Under the pieces are notes generated by a model, which was not told the DNA's origin, ran no database searches, and was given only the letters and a program-made list of their open reading frames with translations. A program made the position numbers and the translations under genes. Below are positions 60,234 to 64,000 of a stretch of DNA of 64,000 bases, piece after piece. This DNA comes from a bacterium (lineage in GTDB: Bacteria > Patescibacteriota > UBA1384 > VFKW01), in assembly GCA_030647355.1 (NCBI GenBank), contig JAUSIS010000004.1, forward strand, positions 68,066 through 132,065, read 5' to 3'. Within the stretch, counting starts at the first letter, position 1; each line of letters opens with the position of its first letter.

Positions 60234-60719
60234 ATGAATGAATTAATTTACTTGACTATATTTTCAATTCTAATTCTCGCTGGGGTGATAAGTTTTGTCT
60301 TATTAGTTTTCCCTAGTCATGTTTTTATTTTGATCATTACGCTTGTTTTTGGCTTTGTTGACCATTGGGTACATTTGAAAATATGGGAGTTGTTGGTGCT
60401 GGCTGGGTTGGCCGGAATTATGATTTTCGTTGATTATTTTTCGGGACTACTGGGGGCTAAATTTTTTGGCGCTAGTAGTAAATCACTGCTTTGGGGAGTC
60501 GTGGGATTATTTTTGGGAATATTTTTTTGGCCACCGATAGGAAGTTTAATTGGACTTTTTATCGGGGTATTTATCGCCGAGACGTATTATTTTAAAAAAA
60601 TCAAAAGTGCTGTTCGTGCTGCTTCCGGTTCACTCATCGGTGTTGTGCTCGGACTAATTATAAACATTATCTTGGGACTTGGATTTTTAGGACTCTTTAT
60701 ATGGTTCGGACTGAAGTGA
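60234..60719 (+). CDS. DUF456 (YqgC-like) membrane protein
   Basis: DYFSGLLGAKFFGAS, PPIGSLIGLFIGVFIAE motifs. Confidence 0.8.
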   Translation: MNELIYLTIFSILILAGVISFVLLVFPSHVFILIITLVFGFVDHWVHLKIWELLVLAGLAGIMIFVDYFSGLLGAKFFGASSKSLLWGVVGLFLGIFFWPPIGSLIGLFIGVFIAETYYFKKIKSAVRAASGSLIGVVLGLIINIILGLGFLGLFIWFGLK

Positions 60720-60737
60720 AAGTCATGGGAATAAAAT

Positions 60738-60766
60738 AAGCCCCCGACGCGAAGTCTGAGGGCTTT
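60738..60766. terminator. Hairpin terminator between convergent genes
   Basis: aagccc-ccgac-gcgaa-gtctga-gggctt. Confidence 0.6.
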
Positions 60767-60802
60767 TAAGTCAATTGGTCAGGGGTCAGGCTGGTCATAT
60801 TT

Positions 60803-61507
60803 TCAACTCTGGTGTATTCCGGCTTGTCTCAAGATATCCAGACCATGAATTGCATCTTTGTCACCGGGATTGAGCTCCAGAGTCTTCTCAAAACATATCA
60901 GAGCTTTACCCGGATCAAGTAAATCAAGACAGCATTGTCCTTTATTGAACCAGGCAATAGCATAGTCTGGTTTTTCCTGAATCGATCTTTCATATTCCAG
61001 AAGGGCGTCTTGCAGTCGGCCCAACTTAGAATACACAAACCCACGATTGTTGTACGCTTGGGCCAGATTCGGATTGAGCTGAACAGCCTTGTTGTAGAAC
61101 GCGAGCGCTCCTTCAAGTGCTTCCTTACTATCTGGGGCTGATCTGGTTTGTACTTGGACGCCGAATTCGTTGCATTCGACGGCATCCAAATATTCATCCA
61201 ATTCCGGATATCTCGATCCGGATTCGGATTCAACGATGATCGCGAGTCGCTTGGTCATAGTATCGTCGGGGCTAAGTTTCAAAACCTCAACGTAAGCCCT
61301 AAGTGACTCTTCCAATTTACCGAGAGAGTATAGGCAGCTGGCCTTAGAATACCAAGCATTGGTATTTTCAGGATCCAGCTCGATTGCTTTGTTCAGCAAT
61401 TCAAGTGCTTCGTCGAACTTGTTTTGCCCGCAAAGGACGCAAGCTTGCTCGTTAAGTGTAAAGGCTTCTTGTTGTGGATTCATCATTTGTTTCCCTCCGT
61501 TGCTCAC
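60803..61507 (-). CDS. Tetratricopeptide repeat protein
   Basis: Repeated KAIELDP..AWY, AYNNRG, AWFNKG...LELNP. Confidence 0.9.
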   Translation of the reverse strand: MSNGGKQMMNPQQEAFTLNEQACVLCGQNKFDEALELLNKAIELDPENTNAWYSKASCLYSLGKLEESLRAYVEVLKLSPDDTMTKRLAIIVESESGSRYPELDEYLDAVECNEFGVQVQTRSAPDSKEALEGALAFYNKAVQLNPNLAQAYNNRGFVYSKLGRLQDALLEYERSIQEKPDYAIAWFNKGQCCLDLLDPGKALICFEKTLELNPGDKDAIHGLDILRQAGIHQS

Positions 61508-61713
61508 CTACAAGCACTATCGTAAATGATGGCTTTGGTGGCTGTATTCAAGAGCATTACCCTTGAAGCAACCACTAAAGCGTTTGTTAAATTACGGCCT
61601 AATTATAGTTCAAAACAGGTTAAAAGTCAATAAAAATGCGGCACTATCCCATACATGCTTTGTACTGTCCCATTTTGTCCCACTATAGGGTATAATGTTC
61701 TTAGAAATGGGAC

Positions 61714-61741
61714 AAAGGTTCTAGACCGACATGTCCCGCCA
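61714..61741 (+). repeat. tRNA-3'-mimic repeat 2 (AAAGGTTCTAGACCGACATGTCCCGCCA)
   Basis: Direct repeat, differs from repeat 1 by one C. Confidence 0.9.
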
Positions 61742-61930
61742 ATTGGGGATAAGATAAAATTGCTTAGAAATAAGTAGGGAATAACGCAGGACGAATTGGC
61801 GAGAAAATCCGATCTTTCCTATACAACGCTGACCAAAATTGAAACAAATGTCATCACTAAGCCCTTTATCCAAACTGTTATGAAGATAGCAACAGGATTA
61901 GAAATTGGTATTGATGATTTAATGAGGTAA
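61742..61930 (+). pseudogene. XRE-family HTH regulator remnant (no start codon, internal TAG)
   Basis: IGDKIKLLRNK*GITQDELARKSDLSYTTLTKIETNVITKPFIQTVMKIATGLEIGIDDLMR*. Confidence 0.75.
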
Positions 61931-61932
61931 GT

Positions 61933-62937
61933 ATGGAATTGGATAACAATCAAGAAATAAATGATCCTTCACGTAAAAAATCTTTCCTAAAAAAACATTG
62001 GTGGATAGGGCTTACTTTGATGGTTGTTACGATCTTTGCAGGGCTTGTGATAACGAAAATGGTCGCAAAAAAACAGAACCAAAAATCGATACCAGACATT
62101 GCGTACTCGCCAGCGTCTATTCCGACCATTCCCTCAACTAGCGCATCTGCGCTTACCTCGCCACCAACCAGTATGGATGGGATTAATACTCATACGGAAC
62201 TGTATAGTGGTACTGGTGCTGATCAAAATCTAATTACACTTGGCCCCAAAGTTGATGATTATTCAGTATCGACACCCTATACAGGCAAGCAGGGATTTGA
62301 ATTTGAACTTGCCAGTAAAACGCCATTACTTGCACCCATTGATATGACACTGATAGGTTTTCAAAATAATAGTGTCAAAGAAGGAACTGGGGCAGACGGG
62401 ACAAAGTACACACCTTTTAATGATATAGTATTATATTTTGAGTCTACCAGTCCTGATTGGCCAGGCGTGGTCATAAAGTTGTATCATTTATATAGCTCAC
62501 CTCTACTTACTGGGCACTATCAAAATTCAGATTGCGGTGATGTTCAAAGGGGCACTGATGATGCCCAAGTCGAAGGACACCTTTTCTTTGCATATGATGA
62601 CTACACGGTTTCGTCACAAAATAACGCAGAAGCTTGCCAAGCTCTCATCGGACGCAAGGTAAAGCGAGGGGAGCTGATTGGATATGCAGGCAATGTGGGC
62701 GAGCACTCCTTTGCTTCATTCTGTTTCAAGGTGCCGGATAAATCAATAAGTCCGATCGTTAAAAAAGGGAACCGAAATCTGCATTGGGTTCAGCCTGCCT
62801 CATTTTTCTATTGGAAAAGCTATAGCCCCGATGCGGATTTCCCCAGTGGAGTTCTCGCCTACCCCTTTGAAATTGACGGATATCATCTTCCTGCCGAACA
62901 ACGCGATGCAAATTTCAAGTACACTTCGAAGAAATAA
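61933..62937 (+). CDS. Membrane-anchored protein with degenerate M23-like fold
   Basis: TM, TPLLAPID, LYHL, KVKRGELIGYAG; no HxxxD/HxH. Confidence 0.55.
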   Translation: MELDNNQEINDPSRKKSFLKKHWWIGLTLMVVTIFAGLVITKMVAKKQNQKSIPDIAYSPASIPTIPSTSASALTSPPTSMDGINTHTELYSGTGADQNLITLGPKVDDYSVSTPYTGKQGFEFELASKTPLLAPIDMTLIGFQNNSVKEGTGADGTKYTPFNDIVLYFESTSPDWPGVVIKLYHLYSSPLLTGHYQNSDCGDVQRGTDDAQVEGHLFFAYDDYTVSSQNNAEACQALIGRKVKRGELIGYAGNVGEHSFASFCFKVPDKSISPIVKKGNRNLHWVQPASFFYWKSYSPDADFPSGVLAYPFEIDGYHLPAEQRDANFKYTSKK

Positions 62938-62947
62938 TATTGACATA

Positions 62948-62975
62948 AAAGGTTCCAGACCCAGCTGTCCCGCCA
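62948..62975 (+). repeat. tRNA-3'-mimic repeat 3 (AAAGGTTCCAGACCCAGCTGTCCCGCCA)
   Basis: Direct repeat. Confidence 0.88.
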
Positions 62976-63050
62976 TTCGACTCGCTTTGCTCGCTCATGG
63001 TCTTCGACCAGAGAGCAAACGAGGCGAATGCCCTGAGTTTATCGAAGGGC
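62976..63050. repeat. REP-like palindromic cluster upstream of the GIY-YIG gene
   Basis: ttcgactcgctttgctcgctca...gagcaaacgaggcgaa and gccct-gagtttatcga-agggc. Confidence 0.6.
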
Positions 63051-63060
63051 TGAAAATGAT

Positions 63061-63312
63061 ATGAATTATTTTACATACATTATTCTTTGCGACAATAATA
63101 AATATTATATCGGTCATTCATCTGATGTTGATCGGAGATTTGAACGACATTTCCACAAAAACGGTGCAAAATTTACTGCCCAAAATGTACCGGTGAAGAT
63201 TTTATGGAAACAAGAATTTAATACCGAAATCGAAGCGATTAGACGAGAAAAACAAATTAAGGGTTGGAATAGAGCTAAGAAAGAGAATTTAATTAAAGGA
63301 GTTTGGCAATGA
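63061..63312 (+). CDS. GIY-YIG nuclease (UPF0213/YhbQ-like)
   Basis: FTYII...YYIG...RRFERH...GAKFT...REKQIKGW. Confidence 0.9.
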   Translation: MNYFTYIILCDNNKYYIGHSSDVDRRFERHFHKNGAKFTAQNVPVKILWKQEFNTEIEAIRREKQIKGWNRAKKENLIKGVWQ

Positions 63313-63653
63313 AGCAATTTGTAAAAATTTATGTTTTTGTCCCAAAATCTCATATTGATAAAATCCGTTCGTCCTTGGGAGAAGCCGGTATTGGCAAAAT
63401 GGGAAACTATGATTATTGTTCTTTTGTTTCGGAAGGAAAAGGATATTTTCGACCCCTAAACGGAGCAAATCCGGCTATTGGAACTGTTGGAAAAGTTGAA
63501 GAAGTAGAAGAAGTCAAGTTAGAATTCGTTTGTTTGGAGTCGGAAATTGAGAAAGTGATGGATGTTATCAAAAAACATCATCCATATGAAGAAGTTGCCT
63601 TGGATGTGATTCCATTATTGGATTTGCCAAGTATCAATAACCCAAAACAATAA
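63309..63653 (+). CDS. YqfO/NIF3 insertion-domain (PII/CutA-like) protein
   Basis: KIYVFVP...GIGKMGNYDYCSF...FRPLNGANPAIG...HPYEE. Confidence 0.85.
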   Translation: MKQFVKIYVFVPKSHIDKIRSSLGEAGIGKMGNYDYCSFVSEGKGYFRPLNGANPAIGTVGKVEEVEEVKLEFVCLESEIEKVMDVIKKHHPYEEVALDVIPLLDLPSINNPKQ

Positions 63654-63677
63654 GTTCTAGACCCACATGTCCCGCCA
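63651..63677 (+). repeat. tRNA-3'-mimic repeat 4 (TAAGTTCTAGACCCACATGTCCCGCCA)
   Basis: Direct repeat overlapping the stop codon of the preceding gene. Confidence 0.88.
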
Positions 63678-63793
63678 GTTAGGAAATGTCTTTGTTGGCT
63701 CGCCCTCTGCGAGGGCTCGCCAGCCCAAATGAGAAGAAAATTGGAATTTTTTGTCCACTCGTGACAAATATAATTTAGGAGTATAATAAAATT

Positions 63794-64000
63794 ATGAACA
63801 AATACATTCGACAAGCTCAATATAAAAAAGCCATGCCTACCGGCAGACAGGGATTTTCAAAACTCATCTTGGTAATTGTTATAGGGTTAGCACTTGTCAT
63901 TGCCGGAGGCATTTTTTGGTATTCTCGGCATTCGGTTCAAAAATCGTCGTCTAGCAAAACACCTTCAATTACGACCGATGTCTCATCCCTATCCGACGCT
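63794..64000 (+). CDS. Partial ORF with prepilin-like GF leader and TM (runs off the window)
   Basis: MNKYIRQAQYKKAMPTGRQGFSKLILVIVIGLALVIAGGIFWYS...; TATAAT upstream. Confidence 0.65.
   Translation, partial: MNKYIRQAQYKKAMPTGRQGFSKLILVIVIGLALVIAGGIFWYSRHSVQKSSSSKTPSITTDVSSLSDA

Noticed and set aside
59508-63677. The four ~28 bp repeats as a CRISPR array
   Set aside because: Spacing is 0.4-2.2 kb with whole genes between the repeats, and no cas genes are in the window.
59508-63677. The repeats as classical integron attC sites
   Set aside because: No RYYYAAC...GTTRRRY ends, no long imperfect palindrome, and no intI in the window.
1-64000. Alternative genetic code (TGA=Gly or TAG/TAA readthrough)
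   Set aside because: Conserved genes are full length under code 11 and end at TGA, TAA and TAG. The in-frame stops seen are isolated and lie in accessory remnants.

Overview
This 64 kb window is gene-dense bacterial DNA. Its content points to a Patescibacteria/CPR-type genome (inference): tRNA-Ile(UAU), archaeal-type ValRS, T4SS-pilin-like fusions, stand-alone PEP-utilizing mobile-domain proteins and short palindromic repeats. TGA acts as a stop codon. Housekeeping genes (ftsH, murJ, lepA, valS, rpoD, dnaG) alternate with accessory blocks: a copper-resistance region with a CopA-type ATPase (1-7.5 kb), a block downstream of tRNA-Asn, and a variable region downstream of tRNA-Ser. Three observations stand out. 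(1) Downstream of tRNA-Ser(GGA), four copies of a ~28 bp repeat mimic the tRNA T-loop and CCGCCA end and divide the DNA into 0.4-2.2 kb integrase-free modules. Two related sites ending in a tRNA-Asn-type 3' end lie downstream of tRNA-Asn, suggesting an integron-like, tRNA-anchored cassette system. (2) An intact tRNA-Ile(UAU) is nested inside a hairpin insertion that splits a tRNA-Ile(GAU) gene. (3) A split PEP-synthase/rifampin-phosphotransferase-like operon has one free ATP-grasp subunit, four His-swivel proteins with unrelated N-termini, a fifth truncated copy and a histidine phosphatase. All calls come from reading motifs by eye; no database searches were run.
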